NCBI GenBank assembly: GCA_965220745.1
Contig: CBDCQT010000010.1
Span: forward strand, 128,001-192,000
DNA length: 64,000 nt
Origin: Alphaproteobacteria bacterium
Lineage (GTDB): Bacteria > Pseudomonadota > Alphaproteobacteria > UBA828
Direction of reading: 5' to 3'
Shown: piece by piece, positions 50,301-60,038 of the stretch
Numbering within the stretch: position 1 is the stretch's first letter
Layout: every line of letters starts with the position of its first letter
Made by a program: the position numbers and the translations under genes
The notes under the pieces: model-generated
Database searches by the model: none
The model's input: only the letters and a program-made list of their open reading frames with translations
What the model was told of the DNA's origin: nothing

Positions 50301-52204
50301 CCCAACTTCAACAGTAGACGCCTGATTTGGGGCGGGGCCTGTCGAGCAAGTCATTGAAATAGCTCAATATCGTGAGTCCTGGTCGGGCATTCTCCAAAAG
50401 TGTAGTGAAAACATTTTCTCGGTTATGGCCTATATGACTTGATATCGGCGCTGACTCCGTAGACAACATCACAATGTTCGTCTGCGAAAAGGTCGCCCGA
50501 GGGCACCGCTATCTCTATCTCGTCGAGAGCGTGCGCGAAGGCAAGCGGGTCCGCCAGCGCACGATCCGCGCGCTGGGCCGCAAGGACGTTCTCCAGGCCA
50601 GCGGCCAGCTCGATCGGCTGATCGCCTCTTTCGCGCGCCACTCCGAGCGCTCCATGGTGCTTTCCGACATGGAGGCCGGGCGTCTCGCCTGCATCCGTAT
50701 TGGCGGGCCCCTTCTGTTCGGGCGGCTCTGGGAGCGTCTAGACCTTGGCGAGGTCCTGAACGAGCTCGTGAGCGGCCGCGGCTTCGAGTTCACCCTCGAG
50801 CGGGCCGTCTTCGTCAGCGTCCTGCACCGCCTGTTCGTCTCCGGCTCGGGCCGTTCGTGCGAGAAGTGGATGGGCGACTACGCCATCCCCGGCGCGGCCG
50901 GTTTGCGCCTGCACCACCTCTATCGGGCGATGGCCTGGTTGGGCGAGGAACTCGAGCCGGCCGGAGACGGCGACCTCGCGCCGCGTTGCGTGAAAGACGA
51001 GATCGAGGAACGTCTGTTCGAGCGTCGGCGTGACCTGTTCACCGATCTGTCGCTGGTCTTCATGGACACCACCACCTTGTCGTTCCACGGTGCAGGCGGG
51101 GAGAGCCTGGGGGCGCACGGCCATTCCAAGGACCACCGGCCGGACCTTCGGCAGATGGTTCTGGCAGTGGTCCTCGATGGCGAAGGCCGCCCGGTGTGCA
51201 CCGAGATGCTGGCCGGGAACACTGCTGACATGACGGTGCTGTTGCCTGTGGTCGACCGTCTGCGCAAACGCTTCGGCATCGGCCGGGTCTGCGTTGTGGC
51301 GGACCGGGGTATGATCTCGGCGGCGACGATCGCGGCGCTTGAGGAGCGCGGCCTGGACTACATCCTTGGCGCGCGCGAGCGGGGCACGGCGGTGATCCGC
51401 GAGATCGTGCTGAAGAACGAGAGGCCGTTTGTGCCGCTTCTTCTCGAACGCGGGCGCAGCGACACTCAGCTCTTCGTCAAGCAGGTGACGGTCCATGGCG
51501 CGCGCTACATCGTATGCCGCAACGAGGCGGAGGCCGAGAAGGACCGAGCCGACCGCCATGCGATCGTCGCCACCCTGGAGAAGCGGCTCTCGGGCGGCGA
51601 CAAGGCGCTGGTCGGCAACGCCGGCTACCGCCGCTATCTGCGCAGGACCGGCGCCGGAAAGGCGTTCGAGATCGACGCCGGCAAGCTCGCCGAGGAGGCC
51701 CGCTTCGACGGCATCTTCGTGCTGCGGACCAACGCCACAATGACGCCGCTCAATGCGGTGCTGAGATACAGGGAGCTGCTCCTGGTCGAGGATCTGTTCA
51801 GGCGGGCGAAGGTGCAGCTGCGCACGCGGCCGATCTACCACTCCTGCGACGCGGCGATCCGGGGCCATGTCTTCTGCTCCTTCCTGGCGCTGGTGCTGCA
51901 GAAGGAGCTGGCCGACCTCTGCCGGTCCCACGAGGTCAGCGTCGAATGGGACGATCTGATCCGGGATCTCGACCGCCTGCAGGAGGCGACCATCGAGAAG
52001 GATGGCAAGCGCGTCACCACGCGCACCTACGTCGAAGGGCAGGTCGGGCGCGTCTTCCAGGCCGCAGGCGTCGCCTTGCCGCCCAACTGGCGCGAACACC
52101 CCGTCTGACCCTTCACATCCCTGAAATGTAGTGGAGACACCCGGCAGCGCCGGCGTAATCTGCTGTTTCTACGAATACTTTGGAATCACACTGTTGAAGT
52201 TGGG
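50301..52204 (+). mobile_element. IS1634-family element
   Basis: IR CCCAACTTCAACAGT / ACTGTTGAAGTTGGG; TSD TCAGA. Confidence 0.9.
50474..52108 (+). CDS. IS1634 transposase (intact)
   Basis: YLYLVESVRE, FMDTT, GHSKDHRPD, VADRGM, RPIYH. Confidence 0.92.
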   Translation: MFVCEKVARGHRYLYLVESVREGKRVRQRTIRALGRKDVLQASGQLDRLIASFARHSERSMVLSDMEAGRLACIRIGGPLLFGRLWERLDLGEVLNELVSGRGFEFTLERAVFVSVLHRLFVSGSGRSCEKWMGDYAIPGAAGLRLHHLYRAMAWLGEELEPAGDGDLAPRCVKDEIEERLFERRRDLFTDLSLVFMDTTTLSFHGAGGESLGAHGHSKDHRPDLRQMVLAVVLDGEGRPVCTEMLAGNTADMTVLLPVVDRLRKRFGIGRVCVVADRGMISAATIAALEERGLDYILGARERGTAVIREIVLKNERPFVPLLLERGRSDTQLFVKQVTVHGARYIVCRNEAEAEKDRADRHAIVATLEKRLSGGDKALVGNAGYRRYLRRTGAGKAFEIDAGKLAEEARFDGIFVLRTNATMTPLNAVLRYRELLLVEDLFRRAKVQLRTRPIYHSCDAAIRGHVFCSFLALVLQKELADLCRSHEVSVEWDDLIRDLDRLQEATIEKDGKRVTTRTYVEGQVGRVFQAAGVALPPNWREHPV

Positions 52205-52715
52205 TCAGACGCGGCTGACGGTGACGTCGAGCCACGGGCGTCGGCGGGGGGCGGAGGTCGCGGCCTTGCGGCGGATCAGCGGCTTCTTCCGTAGCCTGAT
52301 GCGAAGTGCGGGGCAGTTGAGCGCCGAGGATCGCTGGCGCCGGATCCTGGCGGAAGCGCTGAAGAAGTACCTGCGTGGCCGACAGCCCGGCCGACAGCCC
52401 TGGCTGCCGCCGCCTCGACCCGCGCTCGCGGGCTGAAATCGACCCCGAAAACCCGCCGCCCACAGCCGGCAACTGCCGGATTTAGGGTTATTCATCCGGG
52501 CGGCTACGGTGAGCGCGACAGGCCTGTGCAAGTTGCCCGCTCGCCCATGCCCCGCTAGACTCCGTCCTTGATGCACTTCGGGCCGGACCCGGCAAGGTCC
52601 GGCCCGAAGCTCCTACCACAAGGTTTCGAGGCCGATGGGTGGGGGAAGCGCGCTGGAACCAACCTAGATCGCGACCGTGCCAGCGTCAATCGGCCTCCGC
52701 CACAGGGAGGTCGCC

Positions 52716-53321
52716 ATGACCCACAAACTAGCCAGGACGATGATCGCAGCGCTCGCAGTGGGCGGGCTGGTTCTGATCGTGACGTTAGCGGCGGCGCAAG
52801 AGCGTCAGTTTCCCAAATTTCTAGAGGATGACTGCGTCCGAAACTCCGACCTTCTTGCAATACTAAAATCTGGGGGAGTAAACGCTTGGGGAGAGGTGGG
52901 GGGCTGGACACCGGACGAACTTGAAGAGCGGTATGAAGCAGCGGCCTGTGATTGCACCGATCTCCGCTCTTCAATCGCCTATATTGAAGACCATTATGAA
53001 CGTCGAGATTTTAGAGGTATAGACTTTGGTGATGTGGATGTTGACAAATACCATATTGAACTGATTGATCTGACCCGGCGCAAGTTCAATCAGCAATGTG
53101 ATGAATGGTTAGCGGCGCAGGCGTGCATCATTGCCGGGGAATACGGCGGGAAAACCATGGGTTTAGGAGCGAGACCGCTAGAGGGCGACGCGGACTCTCG
53201 CATATTTGCCTTCGTGGATGAGGCGGCCGTCAAGGCGGCACAGTCCTTCGTGAAGGAACTCAACAAGCTTGATCACGAGGGAGACCTGCCGTCCCAATGG
53301 GAACTGCGCTGCGAGCAATGA
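52716..53321 (+). CDS. Secreted hypothetical protein
   Basis: SD GGAGG; signal peptide; several Cys. Confidence 0.65.
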   Translation: MTHKLARTMIAALAVGGLVLIVTLAAAQERQFPKFLEDDCVRNSDLLAILKSGGVNAWGEVGGWTPDELEERYEAAACDCTDLRSSIAYIEDHYERRDFRGIDFGDVDVDKYHIELIDLTRRKFNQQCDEWLAAQACIIAGEYGGKTMGLGARPLEGDADSRIFAFVDEAAVKAAQSFVKELNKLDHEGDLPSQWELRCEQ

Positions 53322-53369
53322 GTGACGGCATCACCCCGATGTTTCTATTCAACCAAGGGAGAGGGAGAC

Positions 53370-53546
53370 ATGAAACTGGTCTTGGAACAGCCAATTCGGG
53401 ACGACGATTTAGACCGCATCAAGTCCGAGCTTCATGATGCGGCCAATGCAGTCAGCACTTCCAATCGAGTGAAGATTATAGAGATTGGTTCGTGCTGGAT
53501 TGGTCTCGAAGATGGGATGCTGAAAGCGACGTGCGAGTTCGACTGA
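53370..53546 (+). CDS. Small hypothetical protein
   Basis: SD GGGAG; followed by terminator. Confidence 0.5.
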   Translation: MKLVLEQPIRDDDLDRIKSELHDAANAVSTSNRVKIIEIGSCWIGLEDGMLKATCEFD

Positions 53547-53569
53547 CCCGCCCCGCGCTCATCAGGGAG

Positions 53570-53599
53570 GGGGCGGCGGGAACCGCCGCCCCCCTTTCT
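53570..53599 (+). terminator. Rho-independent terminator
   Basis: GGGGCGGCGG-GAA-CCGCCGCCCC then CTTTCT. Confidence 0.65.
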
Positions 53600-53604
53600 C
53601 GCTG

Positions 53605-53900
53605 TCAGTCATCGCCCAGGTTCATCTCGTACTGGTCGTTCAGGACGGGTAAGGCCCGCTTGAAACTGCGCTGGAACTGGTCCCAATTCGCGGCCGCGCG
53701 CACGAGCGCGACCACCGCCGCGAGGTGTTCCTTGAGCCTCGGGTGCCCTAGGTCCGGCTTGAACCACTGGTGATGCTTGTCCTTCCGGTTTCCCTTGGGC
53801 AAGGTCGGGTTCTTCTTCTGCAACTCCTCCAGCACCCCCGGCGCGATCCGCGCGTACACGATGTCATTGGTGTAGTGGCCGATGATCGAAGGGCGCTTCA
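53605..53900 (-). pseudogene. P63C-domain (phage antirepressor-like) C-terminal fragment
   Basis: IIGHYTNDIVYARIAPGVLEEL...KHHQW. Confidence 0.7.
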
Positions 53901-54161
53901 CGCGATCGACGCGACGTGGCTGTGATACCCGTGACCACGAAGCAACAAAACGGCTCCTCACAAATTGAAGCGAAAGCGAATGACGGCTTCAAAGATGCCC
54001 TGTCGGTCCTCGGCCAGTTCGAATTCGCTGGTGAGTGAAAAGTCGGCGAGCAGCAGGCGGGCACGAAAGCCGGTCTTGGCAAGTTTTTCGCCACCGGTCT
54101 CGCGGCGCGGAGACTGGCTGACGGGTTCGCGGCCAAGCTGGGAGCACAAGACCGCTCCGGG

Positions 54162-54494
54162 GTGTCGATTCTTCCTTCGAGCGTGATCGTGCCCGAGAAC
54201 GGGACCACGGCCTACGAAGTAAGGCTAGACTCCAAGCCGTCAGCAGCCGTTACGGTCAACGTGGTGCGTGCTATCGGTGGGAGCCACGATACGGATATTA
54301 CGGTGAGTTCGGGTTCCAGCTTAACGTTTACGGAATCGAACTGGAGGCAAGCTCAGAGCGTCACCATCTCAGCATCGGAGGATGACGATCGCGACGACGG
54401 TACCGCAACCATGCTGCACACTGCGAGTAGCTGGGACCCCGATTATGATGGGCTTGTTGCAGAGATTACGGTAACGGAGGCTGACAACGATTGA
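54162..54494 (+). pseudogene. Isolated Ig/Calx-beta-like surface-protein module
   Basis: YEVRLDSKP, LTFTESNWRQAQSVTISASEDDD; no signal peptide. Confidence 0.6.
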
Positions 54495-54657
54495 TGATGT
54501 CAGCCCGTCCTGGGTAGCCGGCTCATGGGAGTACGAACATGAATGACGTTCTTCGCACTGTGGCTGCTCGTCACGGTCCCAAGCCGTTGGGCCAAGTTCA
54601 GATAGTGCCGGCCGAGCCGGACGGCTGGCCAGTACTGTCTTGGTCATCTACACGACA

Positions 54658-54770
54658 GACCCCATCTACACCTCCGACACCACCTAGTCCTAGCACACCA
54701 TCGACCCCCAGCACGCCATCCACGCCATCCACACCTACGACACCGCCCTCGCCACCGGAACGCCCCACAC
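54658..54770 (+). repeat. Degenerate 9-bp tandem repeat encoding (PST)n
   Basis: TPSTPPTPPSPSTPSTPSTPSTPSTPTTPPSPP with varied third positions. Confidence 0.7.
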
Positions 54771-54930
54771 CAGATAGGTCCAGATCGCCCAAGACCGATC
54801 CTGATTCAGTTTCGACGACAGCTTCCGAACGCAGTGTCACACGCCAACGCTTCGGCGCGCCAAGTCCAAATTGACCGGTGCGTGGGCCGATGTCAGTATC
54901 CGACATGATCGGACATGGCGAGATTGCACG

Positions 54931-55173
54931 ATGCCGAACGTTCACTTGACCGACCAGATGCATCGCTACGCCCAAGGGCAGGTCGATGCTGGCGCCTACG
55001 CCAACCTGAGCGAGGTCGTGCGCGCCGGTCTGCGGCTGCTTATGGAGCGCGACGGCGCGCGGCAATTCTACGCGCTGAAGGGAGAGTTGGAGGCGGCCGT
55101 ACGGGAAGCGGAAGCCGGCGGGTTCGAGGAGTTCGACCCCGTGGCCTACGAACCAGGCGTGGAATCGAGATAG
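54931..55173 (+). CDS. parD: ParD-family antitoxin
   Basis: MPNVHLT...GAYANLSEVVRAGLRLL. Confidence 0.85.
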   Translation: MPNVHLTDQMHRYAQGQVDAGAYANLSEVVRAGLRLLMERDGARQFYALKGELEAAVREAEAGGFEEFDPVAYEPGVESR

Positions 55174-55183
55174 CCGCCGCGCC

Positions 55184-55501
55184 ATGTCGATCCGGCTGTC
55201 GCGTCGGGCACGTCGCGATCTGGACGAGATTCGGCGCTATACGGTCGAGACTTGGGGCCGTGAACAGTGGCTCACCTACTACGAAGGGCTGGTGCGGACG
55301 TTCGAACGGATCGCGGCCAACCCTGATGGCGGTCGCGATCGGAGTCTGTTCGCGCCCGGACTGCGCTCCCTGACCTATCGGCGGCACGAGGTATTCTTCG
55401 CCCGGATTGCCGCCGCGGACGATGCGCCGGTGGTTCTTCGCATTGTCCATCAGCGCCGTAACCTTCCCGCGCTTGTCTATTTCGAGGATATCGGCGGCTG
55501 A
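55184..55501 (+). CDS. parE: ParE-family toxin
   Basis: LSRRARRDLDEIRRYTVETWG...VLRIVHQRR. Confidence 0.88.
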   Translation: MSIRLSRRARRDLDEIRRYTVETWGREQWLTYYEGLVRTFERIAANPDGGRDRSLFAPGLRSLTYRRHEVFFARIAAADDAPVVLRIVHQRRNLPALVYFEDIGG

Positions 55502-55669
55502 GTTCGTCTCTGTCTCGTCACTCCGGCCCTTCGTCCATCGTCTCGCGCATCGTGCTGCGGGCGCCCTCGACGATCTCGTCGAGTTCCTTCCCGCGCTCGG
55601 CGTCGAGCATTTCCTCCCGGTTGATCGTCGCCAGCACGTAGACGGCGCGGTAGGTCGCCTCGATCAGCG

Positions 55670-56106
55670 CGAGGTGGCCGCGACGGCTGGCCCGTCGCCA
55701 TGCTCGGCTTCTCCACCGCCGCCTGGAAGCTCGCTCCGCGCGACACCTTCATCGGATGGACGCCGGAGATGCGCGAGAAGAATCTCCCCCTGGTGGTCGA
55801 CAACCCGCGCTTCCTCATCCTGCCCTGGGTCGAGATCCCGAACCTGGGTTCCCACATCCTCGCCATCGTGCGTCGCCGCCTGCCCGAGGACTGGACCGAG
55901 CGCTACAAGACCACGCCCGTGCTGATCGAGACCTTCGTCGAGACCCCGCGTTACACTGGCGCCGTCTGCAAGGCCCCGGATGGACCCGTGTCGGAACCAC
56001 TCAAGGCCGCGGGCGCTATGACACGCATATGAAGCGGGACAAGCCCAGGAAGGACATCTGGCTGCGGCCGCTCAGGCGAGACTGGAAGCGAACGCTCAAT
56101 CGATGA
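55670..56106 (+). pseudogene. DUF4338 (DruA-like) C-terminal fragment, frameshifted
   Basis: AAWKLAPRDTFIGW, NPRFLILPWV, LIETFVE, VGTTQGRGRYD. Confidence 0.72.
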
Positions 56107-56362
56107 AATCTCCAACCCTGCAAAATCTGGCCGCATTTGACCGCAGTTCTGAATTTATCTGACCGCGATTCTGATTTTATTTGACCGCCGTTCTGGCGAC
56201 ATCTGACCGCGATTCCGGCGGGACTTGACCGTCGGAGGCCGGGTCCGAGGCCCGGTCCGATCGCCCTGCGGGCGCCACCGACATCCATGTTTCCGGACGC
56301 GCCGATCCTCTCCCGGCTCAGCCTCATCGATCCACCGATCGACTCGAGGAGGCGGGCCCCCA

Positions 56363-57961
56363 ATGAAGAGGATCGACACCATGAGCATCAGGGACATCCT
56401 TCGGCACCATCACGACCTGGGCTTGCCCCGGGCGGAGATCGCTGTGGCCGTGAGCGTGAGTGCGGGCACGGTATCGAACGTTCTGGAGCGCGCGCAGGCG
56501 GCGGGTCTGTCGTGGCCGTTGCCGTCCGATCTCGACGATGACGGGCTGCGCGCGCGCCTGTATCCGCCGGCGCCGCGCGAGAGCGGATATGCGCAGCCGG
56601 ACTGGGATGATGTGCTCCGTGAGCTTCGAGCCAAGCGCAAGCGGCGCCGGGTGCGCGCGACACGGCGCACGCTCTGGGAGGAGTACCGCGACGAGGCCCA
56701 GGCCCAGGGCGGGAAGGCGTACAGCTACAGCCAGTTCTGCGCGCGCCTGAAGGCGCACCAGGGCAGCTGCGGCGGCTCGGCGCAGATGCACTTCGACTAC
56801 GAGCCCGGGCTGTACGGGATGGCGGACTTCTCCGGCAAGACGCTGGCCCTTCGCACCGGACGCGGCGAGACCGACGTTGAGATCTTCGTCGCGGTCCTGG
56901 CGCATTCCAACCTGATCTACGCCGAGGCGGTCCCCGACCAGACGGTGCGCCACTGGACGATGGCCCACCGGCGCGCGCTCGAGTACTTCGGCGGCAGCCC
57001 CCGCCGGTGGATCATCGACAACCTCAAATCAGGCGTGGACGATCCCGACCGCGACGATATCCGGCTCAACCCCTCCTACCGGGAGTTCGCGCGCCACTAC
57101 GAGATCGCGGTGCTGCCAGCGCGCAAGTACCGGGCCACCGACAAGGGGCTGGTCGAGAGCTGCGTCAAGGCCGTCCAGACGCGCATCCTGCTGACGCTGC
57201 GCCACCAGACCTTCTTCTCCCTCGACACCATGAACGCGGCTATCCGCCGCGAGCTCGACCGCCTCAACGATGCCCCCATGGCCAAGTACGGCGAGAGCCG
57301 CCGCGCGCTCTTCGAGGCGAGCGAGCGGGCGGCCCTGACCGCGCTGCCGGCTCGCCCCTGGGAGTGGGGAGATTGGATCGAGCGCAAGGTCGGACAGAAC
57401 TGTCACATCCGCTTCGAGAAGAATCACTACTCCGCTCCGGAGCGCTACATCGGCCGCCAGGTCGACGTCCGCGTCAGCGAACGCATGGTCGAGGTGTTCC
57501 TCGAGCGCGAGGGCGAGCGCATCGCCGTCCACCGCCGCAAGAGCGGGCGCAACCAGTACGCCACCACCCCCGAGCACATGCCCGAGCACCACCGGGCGGT
57601 CTGCGATATCCGCCGCCCCGACTACGGCGACATCCTGCTCGGCCAGGCGCGTCGCATCGGAGCCAATGCCCTGGCCTGGGCCGAGCGGTGCTACGCCTCG
57701 CGCGACTTCCCGGAACAGGCCTTCGCCACCGTAAAGGGCATGATCCGCCTCGCCGACGATCACGGTGCCGAGCGCCTCGACGCAGTCTGTGCCGAGGCCC
57801 TCGACCTCAACCGCCTCGCCTCGGGCTTCCTCAGGGAGCGTCTCAAGAACGGCGACGGCGAGCCCGGTCCGCCGCGCCCCGAGCACGACGAGACCATCCC
57901 CAGCCACGGCAACATCCGCGGTGGCGAGTACTACGGAAACAACGGAGGAGCGACACCATGA
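56363..57961 (+). CDS. istA: IS21 transposase
   Basis: Translation identical to copy 1. Confidence 0.95.
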   Translation: MKRIDTMSIRDILRHHHDLGLPRAEIAVAVSVSAGTVSNVLERAQAAGLSWPLPSDLDDDGLRARLYPPAPRESGYAQPDWDDVLRELRAKRKRRRVRATRRTLWEEYRDEAQAQGGKAYSYSQFCARLKAHQGSCGGSAQMHFDYEPGLYGMADFSGKTLALRTGRGETDVEIFVAVLAHSNLIYAEAVPDQTVRHWTMAHRRALEYFGGSPRRWIIDNLKSGVDDPDRDDIRLNPSYREFARHYEIAVLPARKYRATDKGLVESCVKAVQTRILLTLRHQTFFSLDTMNAAIRRELDRLNDAPMAKYGESRRALFEASERAALTALPARPWEWGDWIERKVGQNCHIRFEKNHYSAPERYIGRQVDVRVSERMVEVFLEREGERIAVHRRKSGRNQYATTPEHMPEHHRAVCDIRRPDYGDILLGQARRIGANALAWAERCYASRDFPEQAFATVKGMIRLADDHGAERLDAVCAEALDLNRLASGFLRERLKNGDGEPGPPRPEHDETIPSHGNIRGGEYYGNNGGATP

Positions 57962-58728
57962 CCCTGCGACAACCCAACATCGACCGCCTGCTGCAGCTCG
58001 GTCTCAGCGGCATGGCCGAGGCCCTGGAGGAACAGCGCGACATCGCCGACGTCGACCAGCTCGGCTTCGACGACCGCCTCGCCCTGATGATCGAGCGCGA
58101 GGCCGAGCACCGCGATCACAAGAGCTATCTCGGCCATCTGCGCCAGGCCCAACTGCGCATCCGCGCCGACGTCCAGGACGTCGACTGCCGCGCAGGGCGT
58201 GGCATCGCCCGGACCACGCTCACCCAGCTCGCCGCCGGCGACTGGATCCGCCAGGGCCACAATCTGATCCTGGGTGGGCCAACGGGATCGGGAAAGACGT
58301 TTGTCGCTTGCGCGCTCGCCCACCAGGCCTGCCGCCAGCACCAGTCCGTCCTCTATCGCCGCGTGCCCGAGCTGGTCGCTGCCCTCATCCGCGCCCGCGA
58401 CAAAGGCACGCTCGAGCGCTTGATGGGCCGCCTGGGCAGGGTCTCGCTGCTGGTCCTCGATGACTGGGGGCTGCAGGGCTTCTCGGCCGAGGGCCGGCGC
58501 GACCTGCTCGAGATCGTCGAGGCGCGCCACGGACGCAAGTCCATCCTCATCGCCAGCCAGATCCCCGTGGACGGCTGGCCGAAGGTGATCGGAGAGCCAA
58601 CCATCGCGGACGCGGTCCTCGACCGCATCGTTCACAACGCCTATCGCATCGAGCTCAAGGGAGAGTCCCAGCGCAAGCGCAACAAGCCCCCGCCACTCGA
58701 CGGCGGCGGCAACAGAGCCCCGGCCTGA
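57958..58728 (+). CDS. istB: IS21 helper ATPase
   Basis: Translation identical to copy 1. Confidence 0.95.
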   Translation: MTLRQPNIDRLLQLGLSGMAEALEEQRDIADVDQLGFDDRLALMIEREAEHRDHKSYLGHLRQAQLRIRADVQDVDCRAGRGIARTTLTQLAAGDWIRQGHNLILGGPTGSGKTFVACALAHQACRQHQSVLYRRVPELVAALIRARDKGTLERLMGRLGRVSLLVLDDWGLQGFSAEGRRDLLEIVEARHGRKSILIASQIPVDGWPKVIGEPTIADAVLDRIVHNAYRIELKGESQRKRNKPPPLDGGGNRAPA

Positions 58729-59078
58729 AGGCCGGGGTCCATGGGCGCCTGCGGCGCCTTCCGGGTTGCAAGGGTGGAGGTGCGCGGCGGCATGCTGTGT
58801 GTGAGAGCTTGCCGCCGCGCCCCGCAGGCCGTTTGCATGCCAAAGAGGCCTCGCATACGCTCGGCTCGGGCTGGCCAAAGGCCAGCCCCCAACATCACCA
58901 AGGGGAGGGGCACACCGCCAAATCCGGGAGAGACAGCGCGCTGGCGCGCGCCCGCAGCACGGTCAAGTGTTGCCAGAACCCCGGTCAAATAAAATCAGAA
59001 CCCCGGTCAGATAGAATCAGAACCGGCGGTCAAATGAACCGGAATCCGCACAACCCATCCCCCGACAACGAAGGCTTA

Positions 59079-59683
59079 TTGCGCCAGGCTAAGCTCTGGA
59101 GAGGAGGATGCCATGAACTGAAACCTCTCGTCGCGGTCCAGCGGGTTCGACTCCCGCCCGGCAAAGGCGCAGCCCGCCAGCCGGAAGCGAGTCTTGCATG
59201 GCGTGCGGCAACGCCCGTCGTGAAGCGTAGACAGCAGGTGACGAAGCGGCGTGCAGCCTCGAAATCGGTCAAGCGATGACGCCTTCATTGTTAATCGTTG
59301 TGGGGGCAGTACCGGAAGCGCCGCTATAGGCGAGGCGCAACGGGTCGTCCGGGGTCGTGGATCGGCGCAGAGTCATGGGATGGATCGCCAGGGAACCTGG
59401 GAGATCCTGCTCTTGCCCGTGGGCAAGGACGCTGGAATGGGGACGGCCAGCGTAACCAATATAGACCCCGGCCCGCTGCCGGGCCTGCACGGCGGCGGGA
59501 GCGCCCGAGGCGGACACGAACTCGGCAGGCACCCGCGGAGCCGGCTGTCGAAACCAATAAGCCGAAGGCCATGTGGGGGCAGGAAGTCGTAGCGTCCTGA
59601 TAGTACTGAGGAACCGAGTGCGTCAGTCGCGCACGCTCGGCTTTGTGGGGGGAGGGGCTCGGCAACGACCCCTCCTACCCGGC
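59079..59683 (+). ncRNA. ORF-less group II intron (IIB-like)
   Basis: 5' TTGCG; domain V GAACCGAGTGCG...GCACGCTCGG (59611-59644); domain VI GGAGGGG...CCCCTCCTACCC; EBS1/EBS2 complementary to 5' flank. Confidence 0.82.
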
Positions 59684-59716
59684 CATTGAAAGTTTGCCGG
59701 AACGCTTACCACCGTC

Positions 59717-59850
59717 GTAAACGTTCCGAGAGGCCGTGGAGCCGAGCGGCCCGCCGCTGCGCTTGGCGTCTGAATTGACGGATCTCTGCGCCGCTCGGCC
59801 GTCCGCCACCTCTGGTTGTCCGGATCGGCACGGCCTCTCAGAACGTTTAC
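59717..59850. mobile_element. 134-bp IS66-like MITE
   Basis: 22-bp TIR GTAAACGTTC(C/T)GAGAGGCCGTG; 8-bp TSD CCACCGTC (59709-59716, 59851-59858). Confidence 0.88.
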
Positions 59851-59971
59851 CCACCGTCGACATTCAAGCCGGCCGCCGCCATTCGATTCGCAATGAGGGA
59901 AAAAACGTGGGATGCAAACTGCCAGAAATGTGAAAAGCTGTGTTAAGTCAGCGTCCTAACGAGTATTCTTC

Positions 59972-59983
59972 GCGGAGCGAGCG
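59972..59983 (+). repeat. Putative attR core
   Basis: GCGGAGCGAGCG; arm-like TGAGGG-n6-CGTGGG at 59894-59911. Confidence 0.65.
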
Positions 59984-60038
59984 CCCGGCGCCTGAGGGAA
60001 ATGAATAAGTTGGGAGGTGGGAGCGAATCTTTTCGCCC

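Larger units (their letters stand above)
48912..52486 (+). mobile_element. IS1380-family element, transposase frameshifted and interrupted by IS1634
   Basis: IR CCCAAATCCGGCA / TGCCGGATTTAGG; TSD GTTAT; LDCDTT, VRGD, YRDRADAEN motifs; tail resumes 52205-52436. Confidence 0.85.
56119..59050 (+). mobile_element. IS21-family element, copy 2
   Basis: Same length and ORF translations as copy 1 (offset 43888); 6-bp TSD CAACCC. Confidence 0.95.
8285..59983. mobile_element. ~51.7-kb genomic island / integrative mobilisable element
   Basis: Direct repeat GCGGAGCGAGCG at 8285-8296 and 59972-59983; integrase inside left end; relaxase, T4CP and AlpA inside; housekeeping genes outside. Confidence 0.75.

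Noticed and set aside
55670-56106. Druantia defence system
   Set aside because: Only a frameshifted DruA-like fragment; no DruE helicase or other partners
59140-59160. GGGTTCGACTCC resembling a tRNA T-loop
   Set aside because: No cloverleaf or CCA; lies inside group II intron domain I
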